Assembly (NCBI GenBank): GCA_038087875.1
Contig: CM075988.1
Location: 26,600,001-26,660,000 of the forward strand
Source of the DNA: Malacoraja senta
Lineage: Eukaryota
Direction of reading: 5' to 3'
DNA length: 60,000 bases
The notes under the pieces are model-generated. The model did not search any database. It had not been told where the DNA came from and saw only the letters and a program-made list of their open reading frames with translations. Below, piece after piece: positions 37,586 through 50,205 of the stretch. The position numbers and the translations under genes are program-made. Positions within the stretch are counted from its first letter, which is position 1. Each line of letters opens with the position of its first letter.

Positions 37586-38054
37586 AATTATATGGCTCCT
37601 GATAAAGATTTAAACAAAGTGCGTTCCCACTAGTCTTAACCCTGCAACTGCGACAGGTAATCAAGTGGCAAATACAAAACGGGACCAATGGCAGCATCAG
37701 GACATAGTGCTGGCTACCATAACTTCAATAGTCAGGATGGGGAAACTAACCATGTGGGAAGGAACTGCAGATGTTGGTTTAAACTGAAGATAGACACAGT
37801 CTGAAGAAAGGTCTCGACCGAACCATCACCCATTCCTTCTCTCCAGATGCCATCTAGGTAAACTAACTTCCCTGAATCTGAAAGCCCATCTTAAATCTGA
37901 GCATTACTTTATTCAATCTTGTGTTTATATCACAGTAAAACGTTCTCCCTACCTCACAACAGAAATCCAATTTAAAAGTCTATTCTGAGAAAATATGCTT
38001 TGACAATCGAGGTAGAAAAGTCAGCATTTTTTTAAATATATAAAAAGCCAAGCC

Positions 38055-38470
38055 TAGTGGGGGAAACGGACAGCGACATCTCCGACACGGTGCAGCAATA
38101 CACTACCAGACTGCCCCCTGTTCCAAATCTTTCTTGTATCTACGCTCCCCCCACATTTCTGCCTGACAACTAAGCCAGGTGACAGGTGAGGAACTCCAAA
38201 CAGCTGAGAGTGTTCTTCCGACACCGGAGTTCCATCATCCGACGAGAGGGCCTGAAACATCGGGCATCGGACTGCGGAAGCCTCAAATAGGCCCCGACCA
38301 CAGGTGAACAAGAGGAAGAGGACTGGACTCTGTTGCTTTCCCTCACAGTGGGAAACGTTGATTCCGCTATGGGGGATGTTTTATGTTTAATGCTAAATTC
38401 TAGTGTTGTGTTTACCTTCTGTGTGCTGCATGGTAACTCACATTTCACTGGTGTACGTGACAATAAATCT
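38055..38470 (+). mobile_element. unclassified interspersed repeat with retroposon-like 3' end; a related inverted copy lies at about 55290-55450
   Basis: GAGGACTGGAC...TTTCCCTCACAGTGGG...GGGGGATGTT is the reverse complement of AACATCCCCC...CACTGTGAGGGAAAG...GTCCAGTCCTC near 55330-55400; ends GTGACAATAAAT. Confidence 0.55.
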
Positions 38471-39703
38471 CCTTTGTGACCGGAACATAAATGTTGCTGG
38501 CCAGCATTTTGGGATGATCAGAGTTTTATCTGACTTGTACAGAGTGCAAAGCTCATCTTCATTATCAAATGACTTCAGAACCATCAGTGCCTTGCCTGCA
38601 ACTCCCATGATCACCAGCACTGGGGAAGGCATCGTTGCCAAGGCAAGGCACTCAATGGTCCAGCCAGGCTCTGGATGAATCAGAATACAACTCCCTGCTC
38701 ACATAACATACTTGGTCTTTAAAGAGCATGGATCAGACCAAATGCGAGAGGCCCCCGACTGTCACGGGAGGCTTGCGTTACAGGCTGGGACTTGCTCATG
38801 CAGTGGCAAACTATGGGGAAATATCAACCAACAAAATATATGGACACAGTCTCTGTGCCGATCTGTCCATCGTTAGCCCCTTACTCCCAGAGAGAAACTG
38901 GTTAATACATGGCCTGGATTAGCACAGGATGGAAGTATAGGCATCATCTTCCTCCCCACCTTCACCCTCTCTCTACATCCCAGAGTCACAGCTCATATCC
39001 TCACATCCATCAGTTTCACAAATATTCTAATTTGTACCACTTTTTGTTCAATGCTCTTATTTATCACTATATTTGCTCCCGTCTCCTATGACAACTCTGA
39101 CGTACACCAGGACTTTACTGATGTAGGTCCATGCTCCATGGGTTAGTTGATGGGTCTATGTTGGACATGTCTCAAGTCTCATTCCACTTCACCCTTGGCT
39201 TCATCCACCCTGTACAGGCAGCACACACGTGGCTTATTTTGCTACCTTATACACTTGCCTGTATTAATCTGCCCTCAAATCAAGACCGGTTCTATGAGGC
39301 TTACAGGCACTGTGGGATGTTTTTTTACCCCTTAAGCTCTTCCTCCTGACACATGCAACTTTTTCATTAACAGTCTAATAAAAGGTCAGTCAATCAATCA
39401 TCGACTGGTTAAGATAAGGACTAACGAGATTAATCTTTGCAAACAGAATTAAACTAAATTATAAAAATGTTATTTTTCCACAGAAAGTGATTAGAGCACA
39501 AGGCAGTCAGGCAAACTCTGTTAAAATGGATCGTTTAAACAATAAAATCATATTCATAAAGTCAGTATGTTTAATAGGGCTGAAACAGCAAGTTGTGAAA
39601 AAGATGGGACTGAACTGGTTGTGAAGCGATCGCTGGGATTGGTTTGAGAACACAGAAGGAACATTACAAAACATAGTTCCAACAAAGGAGATGCAATGCT
39701 CAC

Positions 39704-40926
39704 CTGTGCTGCTCGATAGCTTCATTGCCTGCCAGCTCAATGCCACAGACGTTACACCGCTCACTGGCAGATCTATTCTCAGTCTTCATGCCCACAGCCA
39801 GTTCGCCCAACTTGCTGAAAAGCTCCCTCTGGATGAAGCCTTGAGGCATGAGGCCGGCGTACCCGCTGAAGTCCATCGCCATGGAGAGTGCAGGCTGTAC
39901 GTGCAGGGCCGACGAGAGGGAGGCGGGCACCTCCAGCAGCCCGTCAGGCCGGCGGTTGAACTGAATGGGGTACAAGGTGGCGTGTCTCTCCGCCTGCGCA
40001 CCAGCGGTGTTCTCCAACCCCACTTGGGCAACAAAGCCACCCTCAAGAGGCTGATCCCCGGGATTATCCTCACGCACGTAATGCAGCTCACGGGCACTAG
40101 TGATGACGCTGCTACGCGTCGGGGTACCGGGGGCTTCTTTGGACTTATCTGCATCAAGTACCTTCTCTCCCCCTGAAGAACCCATGTCACCCATCTTGGG
40201 GCTTGCACCTTCCTCCACCTGCATCATTTCATGCTTGATCTCAGTTATCATGGGATGTCCACTGCCAGCAGAAAATGCTTCATCTACAGCAGCTTGTTGC
40301 AGAGTTCCCTGAATAATCGACTGCCCGATACTCATTAGACTATCTACAGCAGCTTTGGTGGGGCTCATTGCTGAAAGGCCAAAAGATGTGGAGACTGAAG
40401 GACTCTGGTCTTCCATCGTCCCCTTTGGCATGGCTTGCTTAGCAGGGTAACCAGCCTCTTCACCAGAAACGTGCTTAGTAACCAATATGTTCTTGGTAAA
40501 AATGGTCTTTCCCCCATCCTCCTCTTCAGTGACCGTCATATCTGTATCATGGTCATCTGTCGCCTGAATCGTCTCCAGTATCTTCAGACACTGCTCCTCC
40601 AAGTACTCAATCTCCAATATCTCTGCTGCATACAGCAGATCATCCAAGTCCTCTACTTTGGCTTGCAGTGTGGCAGTGTATGCATATTCCAGGATCTGTT
40701 GGAATGTCTTTGGTGAAAGGAAGTCCAAGGTGTAATGCTGACTGTTGCGTAGAAATAAAATTTCAAACATCTTGCTGGTGCAGGCCAAGACTGTGCGATG
40801 GGCGTGGAACTCCTGGCTGTCCACCAAGATGACCACGTCACACAGCGTCCCCAACAGTCGCATCTGGTTGGCTTTGTGAAGGAGGACCGAGGGATGAGTG
40901 GGATTCTGAAGCTTTACTAACCCCAT
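39704..40926 (-). CDS. ZBTB16: ZBTB16/PLZF first coding exon: BTB/POZ domain, central region and start of zinc finger 1
   Basis: 408-aa ORF MGLVKLQNPTHPSVLLHKANQMRLLGTLCDVVILVDSQEFHAHRTVLACTSKMFEILF...TPTRSSVITSARELHY...FIQRELFSKLGELAVGMKTE...CNVCGIELAGNEAIEQHR closely matches vertebrate PLZF. It ends at a phase-2 donor CACAG|GTGAGC (GT at 39703-39702). The exon's acceptor TTTTGTTCTTGCAG|GTG places the exon start at 41022. Confidence 0.97.
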
Positions 40927-41022
40927 GTTTAATCAAATCCACAGATGTGTTCTGTGCTGGACCAATTCATCAGGCTGTCTGTATGGTTGGTTACACGGTC
41001 TGTTGTTGAAGTCTGGCGTCAC
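40927..41022 (-). other. ZBTB16: 5' UTR part of the ZBTB16 BTB exon, containing a 13-codon uORF (40970-40929)
   Basis: Lies between the acceptor (AG at 41024-41023) and the ATG at 40926. Reads ATG AAT TGG TCC AGC ACA GAA CAC ATC TGT GGA TTT GAT TAA ac ATG. Confidence 0.8.
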
Positions 41023-42433
41023 CTGCAAGAACAAAAATGGGCAAGAATTTTAAGTTGCTTTCTTGTGGAAAAAAAGGTTGGCAGCAACTTCTGCTCTCCA
41101 TCAATCTACCCATCACCCCATCTCCTTACTGATCTGCATATTCCCTATGCCTCAATTATTATGTCTGAAAGACTCAAGTACCACAATATTGTGATGTTGC
41201 ATTGAATCCACCATCTCCCCCAGAACCCATAAATCTTTGGCTCTAACTTACACAACCCACTGCATTTCTCAAAAGCTTCATTCAGCCATTGGCAGTCGGC
41301 TCCGTTTACCCATGGATCCAATTCACTGGAATCCCTTGCCTCCGTTTCTTCTCCTTACTCCTTCGTCTGGACTCCCTGCATCTATTGGGCCAGCTCGACA
41401 TACATCGGCAAGTCCCACAAGCCGGATGCTCGCGCCCACCAATTAGTCAGTCATCATACACCTCGCCGAGCTCACACTGCAATTACGTCCAGTGGAACAG
41501 CATCCTTCTACTTACACCACTGCCTGGTGTTCCCTTACTCTCCCTCTATAATCTACACATGAATATCTCAAGTCTATAATACAGGCTGAGATGGAAAGTG
41601 CATGAATTGCTTTTTACAAAATTGGCCATCACATTCCCTTTTGCTGCAGCTCCAGATATTGTGCAGTAATGTTCTCATTTCCCCTGTAAACCTTGCTCTG
41701 AAGCCCCACTATTGTTTGCTGTGCTCCAGTGTATCACATTAAGTGCTTTAGTCATAAATCAATATTGCCACAAATATAGTACTTAATCCATGGTGACAAA
41801 TGTTTGTGAAGGTTATTTACAGTCGGCTTGTATTCCCAGGTGCCGCGCTATGTAGCACCTTCCATCTCCCTCATTTAATTATCAGCCAATATGATGCCAC
41901 TCCTGATAAACTTTGGCTTCCAAGATTAATTATTTGCAATTTTCAAGGGACAAAGCAAGGTAGTAAATTGATCGCCTAGGTAGCGTACGGTCAAGTTATG
42001 GGAGGGGGGGGGGGGAAGGAGCAGTCATATTATAGGACGTGGTGGACCAGCAGAGCTCTGCATTTCACCCAGTGTGATTGCTACTGGGTATTAACATTAA
42101 AGCAAAAATATTTTTCCATGCAATGAAGTTCCAAATGAAATCCCTCATCTCCGTTATATGATGGGTCTTGACGCCTGCTGCATTGCGCTCCCGACAGCAC
42201 AAATGGTTCAGGGGAAATTTTATATGGGTGCTCAAAATCTATGAACAGCATTGATCGAGTTAAAGGTGCAGACAATATTTCCACTACTGGAGGATTGGTA
42301 ATCACAAGAGATTGAATTAAGATAGTTGGCAATAATGCTCAGGACAAAAACAAGCTAACTTCATTAAAAGGTTGGTTAATTGTTACAGCATGGAACTTAA
42401 TGCCCAGAGAGACATAATTAGAAATAGACACAA

Positions 42434-43050
42434 ATGATTCAACGAATGAGTGGGCTGGCATATGGTGAGCGTTTGACGACACTGGGCCTGTACTCGCTGG
42501 AGTTTAGAAGGTTGAAGGGGGACCTCATTGAAACTTACAGAATAATGAAAGGCATAGAGTGGATGTGGAAAGGATGTTCCCACTGGTGGGAGAGTCTAGG
42601 ACCAGAGGTCATAGCCTCAGAATTAAAAGCAACTCTTTTAGAAAGGCAAGGAGGAATTTCTTTAGTCAGAGGATAATCTGTGGAACTCATTGCCACAGAG
42701 GCCATTAGTGGATATTTTGATACAATACAATTATGATACAATTTATTTGTTGTCATTTGAACCTCATTGAGGTTCAAACGAAATTTGGTTTCTGCAGTCA
42801 TACAAACAAGTAGAAGAACCAAGACACAACACAATTTACACAAACATCCATCACAGCGAATCTCCTCCTCGCTGTGATGTCTATCTCTGCCTTATTTTTA
42901 AGGCCGAGATAGACAAATTCTTGATTAGAACGGGTGTCAAGGTTTTTGGGGAGAAGGCAGGAAAATTGGATTAGGAGGCAGAGATCAGCCATGATTGAAT
43001 GGCGGTGGACTCCATGGGCCGAATGGCCTAATTTTACTCATACAACTTGT
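42434..43050 (+). mobile_element. CR1 3' fragment interrupted by another retroposon tail (about 42721-42880)
   Basis: MSGLAYGERLTTLGLYSLEFRRLKGDLIETYRIMKG; the CR1 tail resumes at about 42893 (TATTTTTAAGGCCGAGATAGAC). Confidence 0.75.
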
Positions 43051-45539
43051 GACATTATTGTACACAAGTAGCTAAGAAAAGGCAGTGAGGTGAGATTGAT
43101 TGTACAGCTGAGTTAGCATAGGACTGTTGGGCCAAATGGCCTCTGAACTACTCTAAACAAAGCAGAAAGTGTAAAACAAACATAAATAAATAGGAGCCTA
43201 AATGGTTAAATATCAACTGCTTCTTTCCATTGACACCTTGACTTTTAGTAATTTGATATGGCTTGGCGCCAATTGCCGTTAAATTAGCTGCTAACATTTG
43301 CTTCGTCAAAGCCAAATGTTCTTGGACAAAACATGTAACTAAGGTCTGTAACCCTTCCAACTCACACTTAACATCCTCGTCACGTGGAATATGCCTTAAG
43401 ATCTGATCCAGTTTGTTTCTATAGGATTTCTGCCTACATTTTCACAGGTCACATTTTGGTGGGTCTTTGTCTTGGGAACCTCAAACCCAGTTACACCATA
43501 GTGGAGCAGTGGAAAGGCAAATTTGCACCCACTGAATATAATAAAGTCACTTTTTATTTCATAAGACAAGGACGGACGCAGCCACCAGCTATACATAGAA
43601 TTACAGTATATTGCAGTGGTACTTGGGCCAAATGGCCTACCTTCCACCCTGACTGATCATTTTCCTTCTTTCATTTAACTAGGCCCCCCCTCAGCCACAT
43701 CGATGCTATTCACAAATGTTCAACATGGCAGCAACTTCAACATTTAACAAGGGTCTGGCTAAGAATTTCTGAAATCCCCAGTAAATTAATTTGCAAATCA
43801 CATACTCAAGACTCATTGCAAACTCCCACAAGTGGAAATATCTTCGACCATGTTCAACATTTTCATAATCTTTTTGAAAGACTTCCATTAGATCATCTTT
43901 CTACCTTTTCTGTTCCAGAGACAAGAGCCCAGCCCTGATGAGACACCTAAAGAGCTTCTAGCATTTAAGGACATAAATCGCTACATTCCACAAACACATT
44001 TAACCCGATTCACAAGCAAAGAGGAAGGCAAGGTCCTGTGAGATTATACTGTGATTGTGTTGCTGAAGGGGTACAAATTACCTCTTCACAAAAATGGACC
44101 AGGTTGGGAAAAGCTCTTATCATAGCAACTCAACCAAATGTATCTGCAGTATTCCTCAACATCCCATCAGGACGGTTAACAGCCAGACTGAACTGTGCGC
44201 TTTCTGGGAATTTCAAATCTTCTGCTTAGTAAATACTAACCAATTGCTATCATTTCCCCTCAAATAGGCACCCAAATTTGCCTTTTAAAAGGATATTGAA
44301 TCCCTTCCATTTTTCACAATTTGCGGAAAGCTGACAACCAAAATTCCTCTTATCCCACCTTCCCTCAAAGCAAAACATCGAGCCTGCGTTCCAGCAGCAG
44401 CTCTGCCTCCAATCATTAGTCATGTGCAACTATACCTCAGAACCATTCCAAATATTTCCCATCTCCATGCTAGGTCTACTCTGCTGAAAGATCTCGGGCA
44501 AAATTCAGATACTTGTGGGTTCAAGACCCATTCCAAAACTTGAGCACTAATCTGGTGTTGTATTGTTAGGAGGTGCTGGTGGGATATAAAGAGAGGACTC
44601 ATCTGCAAAGTGTTCCCAATGTCTTCAACAAGAACCACACGGATCACAATTGTCCAATTTATAATGGAGCACACAAATCATTCTGTTGCTGTCCTGTGAT
44701 CAACATTACTTTGCTTATTAGCAAATTGTAAGTAGTGGCTAAACAACCTAACTTTCATAGGAACAGTATTTCCTGAAAAACACCAGTATTGTGAAGAAAT
44801 AGAACATTTCTGAATTTCAGAAATTAATTCAGAAGTCTTTCAGTAAAGTGAATGTTTTCAAAGCCCTGTCAGAAAGGAACATGTAAATAAACCATGACAC
44901 ATGTCTCATATAAAGAGGTCACCGACTCAAGGCACTGCACTCTTAGTCACAGCTTGTGTAAAATTCATTGTTCATTCACTGCCAAGCAATAACCCGCACT
45001 ACCTTTAAATCTCTCTCCAAAACAATTTGTTGCAAGGCAGTAACACACCTCAAAAGTACAGCTGGTGCAATAAACAGCTTATGGTTTAGAGGCCAATTTG
45101 ATTTTAAAAGCGTCACATTGCACTGCACTGCCAGGCATTCTAGTATCCTGTACAGTAAAAGCCGTTTGGCGTATTGCAATAAACCAATGCCTATAGATTC
45201 CCATCCTCCCGTGCTTGGATAACAGCAATAACACGCAGCAAACATCTTGGGCTATCCTCATTCTGAGCAGCACTTCCCCCCCTCCCCCATCCTCATGAAC
45301 TCATTGCCAAAGCTTTCAACTTCCTGAACATGTACTAGTATCCAGTGCACACAAAGCAACATGGGTGTAATGACCAACAATGTGTAGCAGAGTTCCCACA
45401 CCAGCCTTTCAAGGGCAGTAACAATCCTTCAGCTGTGGGGATGGAGCGAGACTCTCTGGTTAGCTACACATCCATTTTAATAATGTATGTTTTTAACAGA
45501 AACAATGAAAAGCTTCTTGAGAAAAACCAATCAACTCAA

Positions 45540-45910
45540 GGGCATCAAAGTGGCACAGCAGGTAGAACTGCTGCCTCACAACGCCAGAGACCCAGGTTCG
45601 ATCCTGACCTTGGTTGCCATGTGTGGAGTTTACACGTTGTCTCTATGACCATGTGGGTTTCCTCCGGGTGCTCCGGTTTCCTCCCACATCTGAAAAGATG
45701 TGCGTGTTTGTAGGTTAATTGGAATTTGCAAAGTTAAAATTGCCCCTAATTTGTGGGAAGTGGGATAATGTAGAACTAGTGAGAACGGAGTTTGGTTTAA
45801 TTTAGAGATACAGCTCCTTCGACCCACAGAGTCCATTGGGTTATTGATGGTCTGCATGGACTTGGTGGGCCAAAGGGCCTGCTACCATGCTGTGTCTCTA
45901 AAAAATTTAA
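45540..45910 (+). mobile_element. HE1-like V-SINE
   Basis: tRNA head with GGTTCGATCC, V-domain GTGTGGAGTTT...CTCCGGGTGCTCCGGTTTCCTCCCACA, CR1-like tail. Confidence 0.85.
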
Positions 45911-46484
45911 ATCATCAACTCAAGAGTTCTACACCACAATATGAAGTGTAATGACTAGTCGCAACAATATCCATCGTTAGAACAGTCCTTCATTGTAAAG
46001 TAATTTTGGGCAGCACAAGGTCAAGAAATTAATAACCCTTTCTGAACAGAACAGTTGAAAATAACACAAAAATCTTGCCTGTGACCAAAATAAATCCCCC
46101 CCCCTCCTGATCACCACAAGGTCCCTCAACTTTACAGCGAGTTATTGTCATATTCTTACCCACACTAATCAATAGTTCCTAGGTGTATTATGTTGCAATG
46201 TAGATGCATTATGTGGCCTTTCTCACAAATTGCACCACATGGCAGCATTACTTCAATTATCATTTCATTGACACTTTGTTCATCACTTATATCTGCTGGC
46301 AGAAAGAGTGAACACCTCACTATTCATCCCCAAAAAGCTCTGGAGAGTCCAGTCTCATCCCCACAGAAACACACTGTTACTGGACAATTACATTTTGCAA
46401 TCAGCTTGAAATATTGGGTGCAAAAAAAAAGTCTAGTTAATAGCACAGAAATGAACGTTTTAATAAGGTTTACTTTAACAGCAG

Positions 46485-46645
46485 GTACACAAAAATGCTG
46501 GAGAAACTCAGCGGGTGCAGAGGGGTTCGGCCCGAAACGTTGCCTATTTCCTTCGCTCCATAGATGCTGCTGCTGCACCTGCTGAGTTTCTCCAGCATTT
46601 GTGTACCTTCGATTTTCCAGCATCTGCAGTTCCTTCTTAAACAAA
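46485..46645. mobile_element. Penelope-derived palindromic insertion with 15-bp TSD
   Basis: TTACTTTAACAGCAG duplicated at 46470-46484 and 46646-46660; inverted arms GTACACAAAAATGCTGGAGAAACTCAG / CTGAGTTTCTCCAGCATTTGTGTAC. Confidence 0.85.
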
Positions 46646-48606
46646 TTACTTTAACAGCAGTTGGATGGAATGGCCTGCTTCAACACAGCAGTGAAACAGA
46701 AAGTAAATATTTGATAAAGAAAATGAAGAATAAACGTTCGATAAAGGCAATAATACTGATCAGCAAAAGTAACCATTTCAATATTATGATATACTGTAAG
46801 GTGTTTAAAATGTGCTTTTCCCTTTGGCATTTAGTACTGGGATTAAAAACAAAGTGCACTTTAAATGATATTTTATTGTAATGTTGCAAGATTTTTTTTG
46901 ATTGACTGCCCTCCATTCATTGCCTCAAAATTATCCGTTAGGTTAAAATGCCTCTGGAGTATTGAAGAAATTGCAACTATTTTTCCAGGTCCAACTAAGT
47001 TAAATCTAGAAAACATTGTCCTGGAGATAAAAGGGACAATCTTACTTGTCCATCAGGTGACGTTATTGAAAGGCCAGCGCGGCTCGGGAAGGTGGCAGAG
47101 AGACAGTAGGGGGTGGGAGAGAGAGGAGGAGACACTGGACAGGAAGACAAGAATAATCTGTATGGAATTTTTTTTTTAAAAGGAACATTTGGAATAAACG
47201 AATCCCCCAAAATTGCAGAATATAGAAACATAGAAAATAGGTGCAGGAGTAGGCCATTCGGCATATGGTCTTCCCGCGGGCCCTGGGCAAGTTTGATAAG
47301 TGGAATTGTTTCTTCGCAGGTGAGACCAATGAAGGTGGGAGTCGACCCACAGAAACTCACACCTGGTTAAACTGAAGAACTCAACAAACCGGCGACAGAC
47401 AGATAACCCGCGCGGCCAGTCCCACCCGGAAGCGAACATTATGTGCCATTTACTTTCAAAGGTCCCCAATGCAAAGGGAAGGTCAGAGCTGATGTATTTG
47501 GGAACAGTTATTATACACACGGCTTGTGGGGGGGGGGGGGCAAGAAATAACTCATTGGATGTCGCGCCTCCACAATTAGACATATTTAATCAAACATCAT
47601 CAATATCATTCATGGCCCTTCCCTTCGCTACCCGTTCACCACGGACTGTTTACTTGTGTACAGTTTGACCACAGTCTGTGTATGAGACGCAACTGCAGAT
47701 GCTGGTTTATATACAAAGTGCTGGAGTAACTCAGCGGGTCACTCAGGCGGGAATGTTTCAGGTCGAGGCCCTTCTTCACACTACAGTCTACCTGGCAATT
47801 CCCGTTGCCTGAATCAGAGATTACAGCAGCAACGCCGGCCAGAGATGCTGCCTAACCCGCTGAGTTGCTCCAGCATTCTGTGTCCATCTGGAGGTCGCGG
47901 GTTCGGTCCCCGCCCGGGGCCGGGACAGGTCGGGGATGGAGGGGCCTGGACAGGTCGGGGATGGAGGGGCCGGTGTGGGGCTCTGGGGCACAGACCAGGC
48001 GTCCTGTCCACTCTGCCGGACAAAGCCAAACACCTCGCGGTATTTGTACGTACAGATACAGGCCGTTATCTTACCCGGCGCGGTGGGTATTTGATCCGCG
48101 AGTCACCGACACTACAGATACTCCACGCCCGCCCGCCCGGGTGGGTTGGTGGGGAAAGGCGCTACACAAATGCAACATCTCTCCTCCATTTAACTTACTG
48201 GCAACCATTCGTTTAACCCTCGGGCTGCTGGAGTCGGCGCCCCCGGGTTCACTTCATTAACGGACAATTCCTCGCCAATACACACGCCACAGACAAGCCA
48301 AGATGGAACTCAGTGTCCGGCCGCTGCACAATGACCATGCCCGAGATTACATCTTTATACTCGCAGATCTCACTCTCTTCGGGGGGGGGGGGGTATCGGT
48401 CCCAACCCGAGCGGTTCCTCAGACGGACAAAGGCACGTGTATGTGTTTTAACCCTAAATAAAGGGGCGGCTTCAAGCGCCGGCGAGAGAGAGAGGGAGGG
48501 GGGGGACAGTTCCAGAGACACCGGCCTCGAAATCAACTTCAGAACTAATGGTGTCCGGGAACTGTGTGTGGAGGGTTATACTGGCCCGAATGTACCCGGT
48601 GCCAGC

Positions 48607-48890
48607 CGCCTCTCCCCATCCCCTCTCTCTCCCCCCATCCCATCTCTCTCTCCATCCCCTTTCTCTCTCTCTATCCCCTTTCTCTCTCCCCCCCATCCCC
48701 CTCTCTCCCACCCCCCCCTCTCTCTCTCTCTCTCCCCATCCCCTCTCTCTATCCCCTTTCTCTCTCCATCCCCTCTCCCCCCCTTCTCTCTCTTTCCCTC
48801 TCCCCCCATCCTCTCTCTCTCTCCTCCCCCCCCTCCAATCCCCTCTCTCCCCCCTCCAACCCCCTCTCTCCCCCACCCAATCCCCCCGCT
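48607..48890. repeat. C/T-rich polypyrimidine low-complexity tract
   Basis: Near-continuous CCCCTCTCTCTC / CCATCCCC units. Confidence 0.9.
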
Positions 48891-49560
48891 TCCATTACCC
48901 ACCCTAGCGCCGCTGTTCAGTAAATCACAACAGCCCGTGGAACCGCACAGTTACATTCACAATATACAACTGGATTTCTTCACGTAAACACATCTAAATT
49001 AACTGGTGAACACGTTGATGTGGGGGAACGGTTGCTGCACTTTCTGCACGCCAGCATGCGGCGCTTTAACAAGTCGGTCGGCAGCGAGAGGTTTAAAAGG
49101 CCAGCGGTGTGGCTTCGCAGCTCGGATCCCAACAACGACCCTCCTCTCCTCTTCTCCTTCATCCCCTCTCCATCCTTCCATCCTTCCTCCTTCCCCCTTC
49201 CCCTATCCCCCCCGCCGGCACAGGCAGCCCGCTGGATGCAAGACACACACAGAATGTCCCCGCCATCATAACCCACCACACACACAGACACAGACACAGA
49301 CACACACACACACAGACACCCCGACCCAAGCACTAGAGCGGGTACATGTCCACACATAACCGGGGTTAAAGCCCGGGCGGCCGCTAACAAAGCCTCCCTC
49401 ACACGTTAGTCGTGTTTGCACTCTGGTCACGGCTCGCATCTCCCCACCACCCAGTGTCGTGGACACTAATGCTCTCCAGCCAGACAAAGAATCACACAAA
49501 CAGGGCAACGCACAACGACAATGGTCACACGGGCACCGGCAGCAACATTTCTCCGCATAC

Positions 49561-49680
49561 CTTCGTTTTCCTCTCCGGGTAGAAATAGGTTTGGCCTTTT
49601 TATATAAATACAATCGTCTTTTCATTCAGCACAGCCCCAGTGTGGAGGTCGGTGGTGGAGGATGCGGGCTGTGATTAGCG

Positions 49681-49684
<4 letters not shown>
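49561..49684 (-). other. ZBTB16: candidate non-coding first exon of ZBTB16 (5' end uncertain)
   Basis: Minus-strand donor-like CGAAG|GTATGC at 49561/49560, inside the CpG-rich region about 8.5 kb upstream of the BTB exon acceptor. Inference only. Confidence 0.4.
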
Positions 49685-49718
<34 letters not shown>

Positions 49719-49800
49719 ACACTCACACACACACTCTGTCTCTCTCCTTCTCTCCCTCTCTCTCTCTCTCTCTCTCACACTCACTCTCTCACACACACTC

Positions 49801-49834
<34 letters not shown>

Positions 49835-49856
49835 ACACTCACTCTCTCACACACAC

Positions 49857-49928
<72 letters not shown>

Positions 49929-49931
49929 CCT

Positions 49932-50012
<81 letters not shown>

Positions 50013-50107
50013 CCTCTCTCTCTCTCTCTCTCACACACTCTCTCTCTCTCTCACACAGACACACACTCTGTCTCTCTCTGTCTCTCTCTCTCTCACACAC
50101 ACACACA

Positions 50108-50154
<47 letters not shown>

Positions 50155-50205
50155 TCTGTCTCTCTCTGTCTCTCTCCCCCTCTCTCCCCCTCTCTCTCTC
50201 ACTCA
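49684..50205. repeat. compound (CT)n/(CA)n microsatellite, about 520 bp
   Basis: Alternating blocks of TC and AC dinucleotide repeats. Confidence 0.95.

Noticed and set aside
39691..40841. Several 60-160 aa ORFs overlapping the BTB exon in other frames and strands
   Set aside because: Shadows of a real GC-rich coding exon; no independent similarity recognised.
41230..41580. Possible ancient L2 reverse transcriptase relic (GTCCCACAAG, resembling VPQG)
   Set aside because: Too degenerate to support without an alignment.
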